From Candidatus Micrarchaeota archaeon (lineage in GTDB: Archaea; Micrarchaeota; Micrarchaeia; Anstonellales; Bilamarchaeaceae), in NCBI GenBank assembly GCA_037447235.1, contig JBBIHC010000004.1, forward strand, positions 22,089 to 85,434: a stretch of DNA of 63,346 nt, read 5' to 3'. The stretch's first letter is position 1. Every line of letters starts with the position of its first letter. The position numbers and the translations under genes are program-made. Below the pieces are notes generated by a model, which did no database searches, had not been told where the DNA came from, and was given only the letters and a program-made list of their open reading frames with translations. Shown here piece after piece: positions 1-9,072 of the stretch.

Positions 1-47
1 CGCCGAGGTTTGTTTGACCGACAATTCGGTCAAAGCCCTCAGCTTGC

Positions 48-150
48 GCCGAGGTGGCGGAATCCGGTTAACGCGTACGCCTGGAGATTCTTCTCCAACC
101 TGTAAGCGTATCCCCTCACGGGGTTAGGAGTTCAAATCTCCTCCTCGGCG
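48..150 (+). tRNA. tRNA-Ser(GGA), class II, with ~18-nt intron at about 87-104 (canonical 37/38 site)
   Basis: Acceptor GCCGAGG/CCTCGGC plus G discriminator. D arm GCG..CGC. Anticodon stem TACGC/GCGTA with loop CTGGAG..A. Intron TCTCCA pairs with TGGAGA around the anticodon. Long variable arm TCCCC-TCAC-GGGG. T arm AGGAG-TTCAAAT-CTCCT. A T-run follows. Confidence 0.85.
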
Positions 151-153
151 TTT

Positions 154-579
154 TTATTTTTCTGCCCATTCGTGGATCAATTCGTAATCGTAAACGTCCT
201 GGTATTTGATGCCGTAAATCCTCACCGCATCCACCGCTTTGGCGTTTTCCAATGTTATCTCTGCCTCAAATGGACATATGCACCTGCAAAAATCGCCTAT
301 GTTCTCCTCGTATATCTCAATCGTCCTGTTTTGGGCTTTCATGCTTATGCTTATGTTTGCGCAGCAAACATAGTTTTCCTTCTGCCTTATAACAAGGATG
401 CCGTCCGCAGTTTTCTCCACTTTAAATCCCGCGTCCGGCGCAGGCCCGCCGCCTTCGCAGTAAGTTATGGTGTGCTTCATTTTAACTTCGTTGCTCTCAA
501 AACACCCGGCAACAAGCAAAAATAAAATAGCAAAAAATGCAAGCATCTGCCCCGTTTTTCTCATCCATATCTCCTTCAT
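154..579 (-). CDS. hypothetical secreted/lipoprotein-like protein
   Basis: 141 aa. N-terminal hydrophobic segment ends in the lipobox-like LVAGC. Several Cys pairs. No family recognised. Confidence 0.6.
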   Translation of the reverse strand: MKEIWMRKTGQMLAFFAILFLLVAGCFESNEVKMKHTITYCEGGGPAPDAGFKVEKTADGILVIRQKENYVCCANISISMKAQNRTIEIYEENIGDFCRCICPFEAEITLENAKAVDAVRIYGIKYQDVYDYELIHEWAEK

Positions 580-584
580 CTTGC

Positions 585-1058
585 TTAATCAAAATAAAAA
601 CTGCAGTTTTCCGTTATCCAGTTCTTTTCTGCAAAGCCCTGGTTGACTTCCAGGACATATTTTGCCTCTTTTTGCGGATAATAAACCTTGCATTGCTCGG
701 CGATGGAGCCGCAGGGATGCATCGGTATTATGTCAACGACCTTTTTGTCCCCATCAAAAAATATCGCGTCCAATGCCAGCGTCGTGTTGACCATCCAAAA
801 ACCGTGCCGGCCGGCTTTGTCAAAAACGAAGAGCATCCCCTCAAAATCCCCCAGCGATTGCCTGAACATCAAGCCCCGGGCCTTCTTGAACGGATCGGCT
901 GCAATTTCCACAATGACATCAATCTTTTTTCCTTCAGCGTTGACGAGCGTTATTCTTTTTTTCTCAATGAACGACTGAGTATAAATGAAAGCTATCAATA
1001 GTGTAAAGACCAAGGCAAACAAGGAAAGCAGAAGAAATTTTGTGGGGTCGATTTGCAT
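585..1058 (-). CDS. DUF192 domain protein
   Basis: 157 aa with an N-terminal TM helix. The GLMFR..GMLFVF..GFWMVNT..LDAIFFD pattern is typical of DUF192/COG1430. Confidence 0.8.
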   Translation of the reverse strand: MQIDPTKFLLLSLFALVFTLLIAFIYTQSFIEKKRITLVNAEGKKIDVIVEIAADPFKKARGLMFRQSLGDFEGMLFVFDKAGRHGFWMVNTTLALDAIFFDGDKKVVDIIPMHPCGSIAEQCKVYYPQKEAKYVLEVNQGFAEKNWITENCSFYFD

Positions 1059-1066
1059 AATATCAG

Positions 1067-2173
1067 TTATATTTTTTCAAACCGCCCCTTGAGTTTCTCA
1101 AGCACTTTAGGCAGCGTAGTGTACTCCATCTCTTCAGGGGAAAGCCTGTGCGGCTCAAAGGGGCCGTGCCTTCTCATATAATCCGCTATCTTCAACGCTT
1201 TCTGCCTTGCACGGTCAAACGACTTGTCCTTGAACATGTCAACCGGCCCGACCAGCTTCCCTTCCGCAAGCTGGAAGCCAAGCGCAACAACCCGCGGCGG
1301 GCCGTCAAATCTTGAAGGAGTGACGTCTTCCGCGGCGCACGGCATTATCGGCCCGTTGTGGGAGCCGCGCATCCACCCTGCCACAAGATGCGGGAATGCG
1401 AATGCTTCAAGGACCTCCCCAACCGCCGGCAAACCTGCCTGTGCGCGCACTATGCCTACCGGGTCGTCCTTGCCGACATATTCGCCAGCGATTTGATAAA
1501 GTTTTTCAGTGCTGATGACTGCAACCGGTTCGTCGGCCGGCAATTTTGCGTTTTCTTTTGGGTAAACCCTTTTTATCACGTATCTGCTTTTTGCGCCGAT
1601 GAGCGCAAGCAGGCTGTAAAGTTCTTCCGGAGCCTTAAGCACGACTTTCTTGCTGTTGTATATGTCAAAAACCTCGAATCTGAATCCTGGCATTGTCGGG
1701 TCTATGACAAGGCCGGCTGTGTTGAACGGGTCCGCGAACATCTTGTATACTGGCAGGTTAAACGCCCCGGGGTCGGTCTTGTCCATAAGAAATACGATTA
1801 TGGGTTCGCTCTTTCGCTCGGCAAACTCCATTTCCGCCACTCCAGGCCCAAGCCCGCGGACGTTTCCTGAAAATGAGTCTGACAGCAGGTCCTGGCCGGC
1901 TCCATAGAGCTTTAATTTTTTTGCAACCTCTGTCGCAGCCTTGAAGCAATCCCACGCAAGGCCGTGTATTTCACTGTTGTCCGTTCCCTTGGAATGGGTT
2001 ATGATTAGGTCAAGGTCGTCGCCGCAGCTGGCAACGTAATAATCAATTATCTTTCCGCTTTTTTTGGCTTCTTCAAGCTTTTTAGCCGCCTCTTCCTTAA
2101 GTTTTGGATGAACCGAAGAATGGCCGACCCATCCGCCCACATCCGCTTTTATTACACTAACAGTCACTTTCAT
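1067..2173 (-). CDS. fbp: bifunctional fructose-1,6-bisphosphate aldolase/phosphatase (class V FBPase)
   Basis: 368 aa. The N-terminus MKVTVSVIKADVGGWVGHSS and the overall length match the archaeal FBP A/P family. Confidence 0.95.
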   Translation of the reverse strand: MKVTVSVIKADVGGWVGHSSVHPKLKEEAAKKLEEAKKSGKIIDYYVASCGDDLDLIITHSKGTDNSEIHGLAWDCFKAATEVAKKLKLYGAGQDLLSDSFSGNVRGLGPGVAEMEFAERKSEPIIVFLMDKTDPGAFNLPVYKMFADPFNTAGLVIDPTMPGFRFEVFDIYNSKKVVLKAPEELYSLLALIGAKSRYVIKRVYPKENAKLPADEPVAVISTEKLYQIAGEYVGKDDPVGIVRAQAGLPAVGEVLEAFAFPHLVAGWMRGSHNGPIMPCAAEDVTPSRFDGPPRVVALGFQLAEGKLVGPVDMFKDKSFDRARQKALKIADYMRRHGPFEPHRLSPEEMEYTTLPKVLEKLKGRFEKI

Positions 2174-2189
2174 TTTTTTACAACCATCC

Positions 2190-2279
2190 AGGGTGCGCGG
2201 AAGCCTTGGTTTTTACGCCAAGGAGGAGCGCAAATTCCATGGGCCTGCACCCGTGGAATCGGCTTCCGCCTAAAGCCCT
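2190..2279 (-). promoter_or_regulatory. structured 5' leader candidate (three-way junction) upstream of fbp
   Basis: P1 is GCGGAAGCC (2197-2205) with GGCTTCCGC (2261-2269). P2 is ATTCCATGGG (2234-2243) with CCCGTGGAAT (2250-2259), one mismatch. P3 is CCTTGG (2204-2209) with CCAAGG (2218-2223). An outer AGGG/CCCT pairing extends it. A TATA-like ATATTTAT (minus strand, about 2295-2303) lies upstream. Confidence 0.4.
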
Positions 2280-2310
2280 TGTGTCTTCCCCCATAAATAT
2301 ACCTCGCAAG

Positions 2311-2330
2311 CCCAGGGCTTTAGCCCTGGG
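2311..2330 (-). terminator. perfect hairpin CCCAGGGC-TTTA-GCCCTGGG downstream of nrdJ
   Basis: 8-bp GC-rich stem about 40 nt after the nrdJ stop. Terminator function is inferred only. Confidence 0.3.
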
Positions 2331-2369
2331 TGGTTGACCCGCTAAAAATGATAATATCTCTTAATCTTT

Positions 2370-4484
2370 TTATGCGTTTGCCCCTGCTGCGATTTCGCTC
2401 ATTTTCTTCTCTTCAGTTTTCTTTACCTTCCTGAAAACCCCTGCTCCCCTGCTTCCTTCGCGGTAGATGGTTATTCCCTTGCATTTTAGCTTCCAAGCGA
2501 GCATATAAGCGTTTTCAACATCTTCAACGCTTGCTTCCGGCGGCATGTTTATCGTCTTGCTTACCGCCAAATCAGTGTACTTTTGGAAAGCCGCCTGCAT
2601 CTGTACATGTTCCTCGGCAGAGACGTCGTATGCTACGACAAAGACCTCTTTCACATCTTTCGGTATCTCGTCCATGTTTTGTATGCTTCCCTCCTCTATT
2701 ACCTTCTGCATCAGCTCGGGCGTATAAAGGCCGCGCGTTTTTAGTATGTGCTCAAAGACATCCTCGCTGTAATAGAGTTTCGTTCCGTCCATGACTTCTT
2801 TTATGTAGGCAAGGGCGAATGTCGGCTCTATGCCGCTGGATGTGTTTGCTATCATGGATATCGTCCCCGTGGGCGCTATCGAGGTTATTGTTGCGTTCCG
2901 CAGCGCATCGTACTTCTTTGCCCATATGCTCTCCTTGAAGCCTGGGAAAGAGCCGCGCGCCCTCCCAAGCTCAACACTCATTTTTCTTCCTTCTTCGGTT
3001 ATGAATTTCATTACCTCATCGGCCACCTCAAGCGACTGCCTGGAGCCGTATCTTATGCCCATCTTATAGAGCATTTTTGCAAACCCCATCACGCCAAGCC
3101 CTATCCTGCGGTTGTATCGTGTTCTTTCCTTTATCTGGGGTATCGGGAATTTGTTCAGGTCTATCACATTGTCAAGGAACTGAACCGCGAGCCTCACGAC
3201 ATACCTTAATCTTTTCCAGTTTATTTTTTTTCTCCAGTCCCCCCTTGTCCAGTCGAATTCGGCGAATTTTTCAAGGTTTATGCTTCCAAGGTTGCATGAT
3301 TCGTAATCAGGCATCGGCACTTCGCCGCACGGGTTTGTTGAGTAAATCTGGAACTTGGGCGTTTGGTTCTTTGCGTTCATCTCGTCTATAAAAAGCAGGC
3401 CCGGTTCAGCGGATTTCCAGGCGCTGTACGCTATCAGCTTGAACAGGCTTCTGGCGTTTATCTGCCTCACAGGCTGTTTTGTTCGCGGATTCACAAGGTC
3501 AAACTCGCCATTCTCTTCAACCGCTTTCATGAATTTGTCGGTCGCCGCCACGCTTATGTTGAAGTTTTCGAAGACGCCCTGGGTTTGCTTCATTGTGATG
3601 AACTCTTCTATGTCCGGGTGCCAGACATCCAGTATGCCCATGTTCGCGCCGCGCCGTTTGCCGCCCTGCTTGACAACATCCGTCGCGACATCGAATATCC
3701 TCATGAACGATATCGGGCCGGAAGCAACGCCCGCCGTGCTTTTCACTATGTCGCCCTTTGGCCTTAATCTGGAAAAGGAGAAGCCGGTGCCGCCGCCGCT
3801 TTTATGTATTATCGCGGTGTATTTGACCGCATCAAATATGGCGTCTATGTCGTCTTCCACAGGGAGGACAAAGCAGGCGGACAATTGGCCCACGGAAGTG
3901 CCGGCGTTCATCAGTGTTGGCGAATTGGGCAGGAATTCAAAATTCGTCATTATCTCGTAAAAAGCCTGCCCGTACTCCAGGACAAGCTCGTCATCGCCGC
4001 CGTAATTTTTTTCGTTGGATGCTATGAATTTCGCAACGCGCGCAAAGAGCTGGCTCGGTGTTTCCAGAACCCTGCCGTTCTCATCTTTCAGCAGGTATCT
4101 CCTTTCCAATACTTGTATGGAGTTCAGCGGCAGCTTCAGGTCGTCTTTCACGCCCAGCATCTTCTTTATTTCTCTCTCAACGTTTTTTCTGTGCCTGTAA
4201 AGTATGTATGCTTTCGCAGTTGTCGCGTGCCCCGCCTCTATAAGGGCTTTTTCGACCAAATCCTGTATGTCTTCTACCGTCGGTACGTAATCGTCCTTGA
4301 ATTTTTCGCTTATCATTCTTATTACTATCCCGGTCGTTCGCTCGGCTTCCTTGCGGTCAGTTCCGCCCACTGCCGCAGCAGCCTTGAATATGGCGTTCGT
4401 TATTTTTTCTTTGTCAAAATCAACTATTTTTCCATCCCGTTTTCTGATTTTGCTTATCATCTCTCCACCTTTTGCTTCTTTCAT
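2370..4484 (-). CDS. nrdJ: ribonucleoside-triphosphate/diphosphate reductase, class II (B12-dependent) with N-terminal ATP-cone
   Basis: 704 aa. ATP-cone-like N-terminus (KIRKRDGKIVDFDKEKI). The TNPCGE active-site motif and C-terminal region match the class II type. No intein-sized insertion. Confidence 0.92.
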   Translation of the reverse strand: MKEAKGGEMISKIRKRDGKIVDFDKEKITNAIFKAAAAVGGTDRKEAERTTGIVIRMISEKFKDDYVPTVEDIQDLVEKALIEAGHATTAKAYILYRHRKNVEREIKKMLGVKDDLKLPLNSIQVLERRYLLKDENGRVLETPSQLFARVAKFIASNEKNYGGDDELVLEYGQAFYEIMTNFEFLPNSPTLMNAGTSVGQLSACFVLPVEDDIDAIFDAVKYTAIIHKSGGGTGFSFSRLRPKGDIVKSTAGVASGPISFMRIFDVATDVVKQGGKRRGANMGILDVWHPDIEEFITMKQTQGVFENFNISVAATDKFMKAVEENGEFDLVNPRTKQPVRQINARSLFKLIAYSAWKSAEPGLLFIDEMNAKNQTPKFQIYSTNPCGEVPMPDYESCNLGSINLEKFAEFDWTRGDWRKKINWKRLRYVVRLAVQFLDNVIDLNKFPIPQIKERTRYNRRIGLGVMGFAKMLYKMGIRYGSRQSLEVADEVMKFITEEGRKMSVELGRARGSFPGFKESIWAKKYDALRNATITSIAPTGTISMIANTSSGIEPTFALAYIKEVMDGTKLYYSEDVFEHILKTRGLYTPELMQKVIEEGSIQNMDEIPKDVKEVFVVAYDVSAEEHVQMQAAFQKYTDLAVSKTINMPPEASVEDVENAYMLAWKLKCKGITIYREGSRGAGVFRKVKKTEEKKMSEIAAGANA

Positions 4485-4598
4485 ATCCCGCGCATATCTC
4501 TTTTAAACAAAATATATAAAAAACATTGTAAATTCGTCTGTGAGAGATTTACCTGTTTCTTTATTTTTATACACTCTTTTGCGTTTTCTTGGAACAAA

Positions 4599-4622
4599 GT
4601 GAGCGGGCGGCAATCCGCTCAC
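4599..4622 (-). terminator. hairpin GTGAGCGG-N8-CCGCTCAC downstream of the NYN gene
   Basis: 8-bp stem about 15 nt after the stop of the 4637..5107 gene. Function inferred. Confidence 0.3.
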
Positions 4623-4636
4623 GGCCCGGCGTTCTG

Positions 4637-5107
4637 CTAATTATGGATATGCTCCACTTCGCCCTTTTCTTTGAAAAGTATGACTATGTCTGCGGTATTG
4701 CGCAAGGCAGCGCTGAAAGCAACGTCCGTCGCCACGATTATCGTTTTCTTTCCCTTTGCCTTGGCTTTTATGAGCACAGGCCGGTAGTCCGTGTCTCTTG
4801 TCATGAAGGCAAGGATGTCCACTTTTGGGTCAAGGACGTATTCCATTCCTTCTATCGCCATCGTTACGTCGACATCCCCGGTCGTTATCACCACTTCAAA
4901 TCCCTGGTTTACCATCGCTTCTATGAGTTTGTCCGATGCGTACTGGTCAAGGTAAACCTTTGCGGCGCGAATCCGGCCGTATTTCGCCAGTTCTTTTTTT
5001 ATTTGTTTCATATCCAGGTGAAATGACTTCCGTATGGTATTTGGTCCGTCTACCAAAAGCACAATATTCTCTTTTTTCCTTAATACTTCCTCCAATAATT
5101 TAAGCAT
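4637..5107 (-). CDS. NYN/LabA-like domain protein
   Basis: 156 aa. IVLLVDGPN near the N-terminus and TGDVDV..TRDTDY acidic motifs match the NYN (DUF88) fold. Confidence 0.8.
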   Translation of the reverse strand: MLKLLEEVLRKKENIVLLVDGPNTIRKSFHLDMKQIKKELAKYGRIRAAKVYLDQYASDKLIEAMVNQGFEVVITTGDVDVTMAIEGMEYVLDPKVDILAFMTRDTDYRPVLIKAKAKGKKTIIVATDVAFSAALRNTADIVILFKEKGEVEHIHN

Positions 5108-5125
5108 GCGTTCACCTTTGCCATA

Positions 5126-5839
5126 TCATCCTATTGTAAAATTTAAAAATTCCAGCGCATTTCTGGCAGTTTGCGATGCGACAATCTCAAAATCAAGTTT
5201 TTTTATCTCTGCAATGTAGGCTATGGCCTGCCTCACGTCGTCTGGCGTCCTGCCGACATAAGGCGCGTCGGTCTCGACAACAAGGTTTTCCAGAGGTGTT
5301 TTGCCTATTATCTCCCGTCTCTCTTTTGAGTGCAGCGGCGTTATTGATATGAGGCTGTTGTTGCTTATCGCCCGTTCCGCGTCGGCCATCTTCCCTGAAA
5401 AAAAGTGAAACATCACGCGATTCCCGAAGTTTTTTATTCTGAGCGCGTCTATGACATCCCGCATTGCCTGCCGGGCATGTATGACAAGCGGAAGACGGGT
5501 CTCTTCGGCAAGCTCTATCATCCTGTAAAAGGTTATTTCCTCCCTCTCTATCTCCTTCTTTTCCTTTGCCCAATGATAATCCAAGCCGCATTCCCCTATT
5601 GCGTTCGGCTTTTGTTTTTTTATGTAGTCGATCCATTCGTCAAGCTGAGCCAGGTCGGGCAATTTTATGACGCTCTGCGGGGCGATTCCAAGGCAAAACG
5701 GCAGATTTGATTTTTTTGCCATTTCCGCAGCTTTTATGTTTGATGGATGGGAATAGCCGCAAACCACCGGCAGCACGTCTTTTATGGCATAATGTTTTAT
5801 CTCTTGTAAGTGGCAATGGGAATCAACCAGCATAACCAT
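5126..5839 (-). CDS. TatD-family metal-dependent hydrolase/DNase
   Basis: 237 aa. DSHCHL N-terminal motif, later HARQA and ETDAPY motifs. Confidence 0.9.
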   Translation of the reverse strand: MVMLVDSHCHLQEIKHYAIKDVLPVVCGYSHPSNIKAAEMAKKSNLPFCLGIAPQSVIKLPDLAQLDEWIDYIKKQKPNAIGECGLDYHWAKEKKEIEREEITFYRMIELAEETRLPLVIHARQAMRDVIDALRIKNFGNRVMFHFFSGKMADAERAISNNSLISITPLHSKERREIIGKTPLENLVVETDAPYVGRTPDDVRQAIAYIAEIKKLDFEIVASQTARNALEFLNFTIG

Positions 5840-5895
5840 ATTTAAAAAACTAATGTTTTAAATATCTCACATCTGAATTCAATTGAGGTGTTCTT

Positions 5896-6288
5896 ATGGT
5901 GGAGAAAACATTTGCTAGTGCGAAGGATATAAAGGTAGGCAAATACGTACTGATAGACGAAATACCCTGCAGGGTTGTGGAAGTCGAAACCTCAAAAACA
6001 GGCAAGCACGGCGCCGGCAAAATGAGAATAACCGGCATAGGAATATTCGAGGGGCAGAAAAAGGTCCTTCTTACGCCGGCAGATGCTGATGTCGAGGTCC
6101 CGATAATAGAAAGAAAGACAGTGCAGATAATGTCGGTCAGCGGGAAGAGCGCACAGGTCATGGACACGCAGACTTACGAGATTTACGATATGGAAATACC
6201 GGATGAACTCCTGCAGAGCGCGGTGGCCGGAAAGGAGGTTGAGATCATAGGTTCCATGGGAAAAAGAAAGATGGAGCGCGTCAGGTAA
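5896..6288 (+). CDS. eif5a: translation initiation factor 5A (aIF5A)
   Basis: 130 aa. Hypusination loop TSKTGKHGAGK. Confidence 0.95.
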   Translation: MVEKTFASAKDIKVGKYVLIDEIPCRVVEVETSKTGKHGAGKMRITGIGIFEGQKKVLLTPADADVEVPIIERKTVQIMSVSGKSAQVMDTQTYEIYDMEIPDELLQSAVAGKEVEIIGSMGKRKMERVR

Positions 6289-6298
6289 CGGTGATTTT

Positions 6299-6625
6299 AT
6301 GGATATTGATATAATCTCAAAAAAAGAAAACAAGCTGCTTGGCAGAATCGAGATTGGCGCGGCAGTGAGCTACGAGGGGGTCATGCCGAGCAGGAAAGAG
6401 ATAAAGGAAGCGGTATGCACCAAGCTGGGCTTTAATCCGGAGAATGCGGCCATAAGGCAGATAGATACGAAATTCGCCCTGAAGAAAGCCGGCGTGCTGG
6501 TTCATGCTTACCAGTCAAAAGACAAGATGATGAGAACAGAGCCGCAGCATATCCTGGTGCGAGAGGGCGTCGCAGAAAGGAAGAAAAAGGAAAAGAAGAA
6601 AGCTGCGCCGGCAGCTAAGAAATAA
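6299..6625 (+). CDS. rps24e: 30S ribosomal protein S24e
   Basis: 108 aa. Sits in the conserved S24e-S27ae pair, with a Lys-rich tail. Confidence 0.92.
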   Translation: MDIDIISKKENKLLGRIEIGAAVSYEGVMPSRKEIKEAVCTKLGFNPENAAIRQIDTKFALKKAGVLVHAYQSKDKMMRTEPQHILVREGVAERKKKEKKKAAPAAKK

Positions 6626-6635
6626 ATCGGGGTGA

Positions 6636-6809
6636 ATGATGATGGCTGAGGAGAAGAAAAAGGAGGCAAAACCTGCCAAACCAAAAGAAAAAAAGATAAA
6701 GCCCTATGCTCCAAAAAAAGCCTGTCCAAAGTGCGGCGCCGGGGTTCATCTTGCCGAGCACAAGAACAGGCTTTCCTGCGGCAAGTGCGGCTATTTTGAG
6801 AAAAAATGA
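6636..6809 (+). CDS. rps27ae: 30S ribosomal protein S27ae
   Basis: Hand-translated 57 aa, below the track cutoff: [57 protein letters not shown]. It has a C4 zinc ribbon and lies directly after S24e. Confidence 0.85.
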   Translation: MMMAEEKKKEAKPAKPKEKKIKPYAPKKACPKCGAGVHLAEHKNRLSCGKCGYFEKK

Positions 6810-7432
6810 TTATGTCAAAAAATCTTTTTCTTCAGTGTTTTTTTCTTTCCGTAATTCTTTTCTTAATCCTGTTCTTGCTTGACAGGGGGAGCTATCTTTA
6901 CGAGCTTTTTGTCCACTCCTCTTTTTTGGCTGCGGCCCTTTTTCTTTTGTGGGACGAAAACGGCGGGCTTGGTGGGTTTCTTAAAAAAATAGGAGTTCCG
7001 CCAGCGAATTGGCTTCAGGCGGCCGCCTACTCGGTAATGGGCCTTGCCGCCATAATCTCGCTTATGCTCGTTCTTTCCATTTTGCTTTCCTACATCAATT
7101 ATGCCGACAATGAAAAAGTTTTTGAAAAACTGGGGGAAGTGCCCTTATGGATACTGCCGTTTGCCGTAATCGTTGCCCCGTTTACAGAAGAGATGCTTTT
7201 CAGGGGCGCGCTCGTCCCCCAGATAGGCATAATCGGCTCCAGCGTGCTTTTTGGAGCGCTGCATGTTTTTTACGGTTCGGTGATGGAGGTTGTTGGCACG
7301 ATGCTGGTGGGCATCGTGCTGGCGTTTGTATTTAAACGGACCGGCAGCGTCGTGCCCTGCATTTTTGCCCATTTCGTGTTCAATTTGCTGACCATAGTTG
7401 CCGTGTTTTACAGCGGAGGCGCCATTTTATGA
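6806..7432 (+). CDS. CPBP family intramembrane glutamic endopeptidase (CAAX protease-like)
   Basis: 208 aa, multi-TM. Motifs EEMLFRG, FGALH and HFVFN. Confidence 0.85.
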   Translation: MIMSKNLFLQCFFLSVILFLILFLLDRGSYLYELFVHSSFLAAALFLLWDENGGLGGFLKKIGVPPANWLQAAAYSVMGLAAIISLMLVLSILLSYINYADNEKVFEKLGEVPLWILPFAVIVAPFTEEMLFRGALVPQIGIIGSSVLFGALHVFYGSVMEVVGTMLVGIVLAFVFKRTGSVVPCIFAHFVFNLLTIVAVFYSGGAIL

Positions 7433-8400
7433 AAACCCTTGGGATAGAATGCACTGCACACACGCTTGGAATCGGCATATATGACAGTGAAAGCGGTATC
7501 GTGGCGAACGAGATCGATGCATTCAGGCCGATGCTCGCCAGGGGAATGCTTCCCCGCGAGCTTGCCGACCACCACGCGGCAGTTTTCAAAGATGTGCTTG
7601 ACGCGGCATTGCTTAAAGCCGGATACTATCTGTCAGATATCGACTTGTTTGCTTTTTCCCAGGGGCCAGGGATAGGGGCGCCGCTTGCAGTCGGATGCAC
7701 AGCGGCAAAGTTTTTGGCTCTGAAATACGATAAGCCGCTTGTTGGCGTCAATCATTGCCATGCGCACGTTGAGATAGCAAGCAAGGTTTCCGGTTTCAGG
7801 GACCCGCTTTTCCTTTATCTCTCCGGCGGAAACAGCCAGATACTGGTAAAGGAAAGGGGAGGTTACCATGTTCTTGGCGAGACGCTTGACATCGGCCTTG
7901 GAAACCTTTTCGACTCCTTTGCGCGCTCAATCGGCCTTCAGGGCCACGGCTCTGTCCTTGAAAAATTTGCCGATTGGGGAAAGTACATTGAACTTCCATA
8001 CAGCGTAAAGGGGATGAACCTGGTTTTTTCCGGCCTGCTTACGCACGCGCAAAAAGCCGCGACCCATCACGACAAAAAGGACGTCGCCTATTCTTTGATG
8101 GAAACTTCCTTCGCAATGACCTGCGAGGCAACCGAGAGGGCGCTTTTCCTTGCGCGCAAAAAGCAGCTTCTTGTTTGCGGCGGGGTTGCGCAAAACCGCA
8201 GATTGCAAAAAATGCTCAGTTTGATGTGCGCAGAGGACGGCGTAAAATTCTCCGTGGCACCAGACGAATTTAACAGGGACAATGGGGCGATGATCGCTTA
8301 TACCGGGCATGTCATGCGAAAATATGCCGTAAAAACAAAAGAAAAGATAAGGGCTGTTGCTCCGCGGCCTAATTTCAGGATAGACCAGGTAATCCTCTAA
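7429..8400 (+). CDS. kae1: tRNA N6-adenosine threonylcarbamoyltransferase Kae1
   Basis: 323 aa. N-terminus LGIECTAHTLGIGI and the NHCHAH metal site. No Bud32 fusion. Confidence 0.93.
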   Translation: MKTLGIECTAHTLGIGIYDSESGIVANEIDAFRPMLARGMLPRELADHHAAVFKDVLDAALLKAGYYLSDIDLFAFSQGPGIGAPLAVGCTAAKFLALKYDKPLVGVNHCHAHVEIASKVSGFRDPLFLYLSGGNSQILVKERGGYHVLGETLDIGLGNLFDSFARSIGLQGHGSVLEKFADWGKYIELPYSVKGMNLVFSGLLTHAQKAATHHDKKDVAYSLMETSFAMTCEATERALFLARKKQLLVCGGVAQNRRLQKMLSLMCAEDGVKFSVAPDEFNRDNGAMIAYTGHVMRKYAVKTKEKIRAVAPRPNFRIDQVIL

Positions 8401-8409
8401 AGCGGTTCG

Positions 8410-9072
8410 TCAGTCGCCCAGAATTTTCTTTATCTGCATAACCGCGACATCTTCAGGATAACCCCCCACGTACTCGCCCTTCCCGCTGTTTATTACTGTC
8501 TTTGGCACTCCGACGACCCGGTATTTTGCCGCTATGTCCGGGAATTCCATCGCCTCGTATACATAGCCAAGGACCTTGCTGCTCCCTATGGCAAGCTTAA
8601 GCGCGATGTAGGCGGAGGTTGGGCAGTGCGGGCAGGTCGGGGTAACAAAAACCTCGAGTTTCGTGGGTTCGTTTTTTCTTTCAAAATAGGCGCTCGCGCC
8701 GGCGTTTATTCCGACAGCCCCGCCAGCCACCCTGAGAACCTCTATGAATGCGGTAAACTCGTATCCGGAAGGTATGCCATAATACCTGGGGTCGCCCCTC
8801 ACGTTTTCGCCGCGTATCAGTATCACCGGCGCGTTTTCCACATTGAGGCTTCTTGCCAATTCCTGCTCTTTATCAAAATCGTGCGTCTCAAGGCTTATCC
8901 TTTTGGACAGGGAAGCAAGTTCCCGCAGCAGCTCCCTTATGTTGTTGCTCATCTGGGTCTGCCTGTCAAAATAGACAAGCTTTACATCTTTTTTCAGGCT
9001 TTTCAGGTGCTCCTCTATTTCCTTTTTCGTATTGTCGTCCAACAATCCCATAATTTCACCCGCTTTACTCAC
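8410..9072 (-). CDS. protein disulfide oxidoreductase (glutaredoxin-like, two Trx folds)
   Basis: 220 aa. TPTCPHCP redox motif in the second Trx-like half. Length matches archaeal PDO. Confidence 0.8.
   Translation of the reverse strand: MSKAGEIMGLLDDNTKKEIEEHLKSLKKDVKLVYFDRQTQMSNNIRELLRELASLSKRISLETHDFDKEQELARSLNVENAPVILIRGENVRGDPRYYGIPSGYEFTAFIEVLRVAGGAVGINAGASAYFERKNEPTKLEVFVTPTCPHCPTSAYIALKLAIGSSKVLGYVYEAMEFPDIAAKYRVVGVPKTVINSGKGEYVGGYPEDVAVMQIKKILGD

Noticed and set aside
2531-4640. Plus-strand ORFs of up to 278 aa overlapping nrdJ.
   Set aside because: They are antisense to a clearly conserved class II RNR frame, with no motifs and a biased composition.
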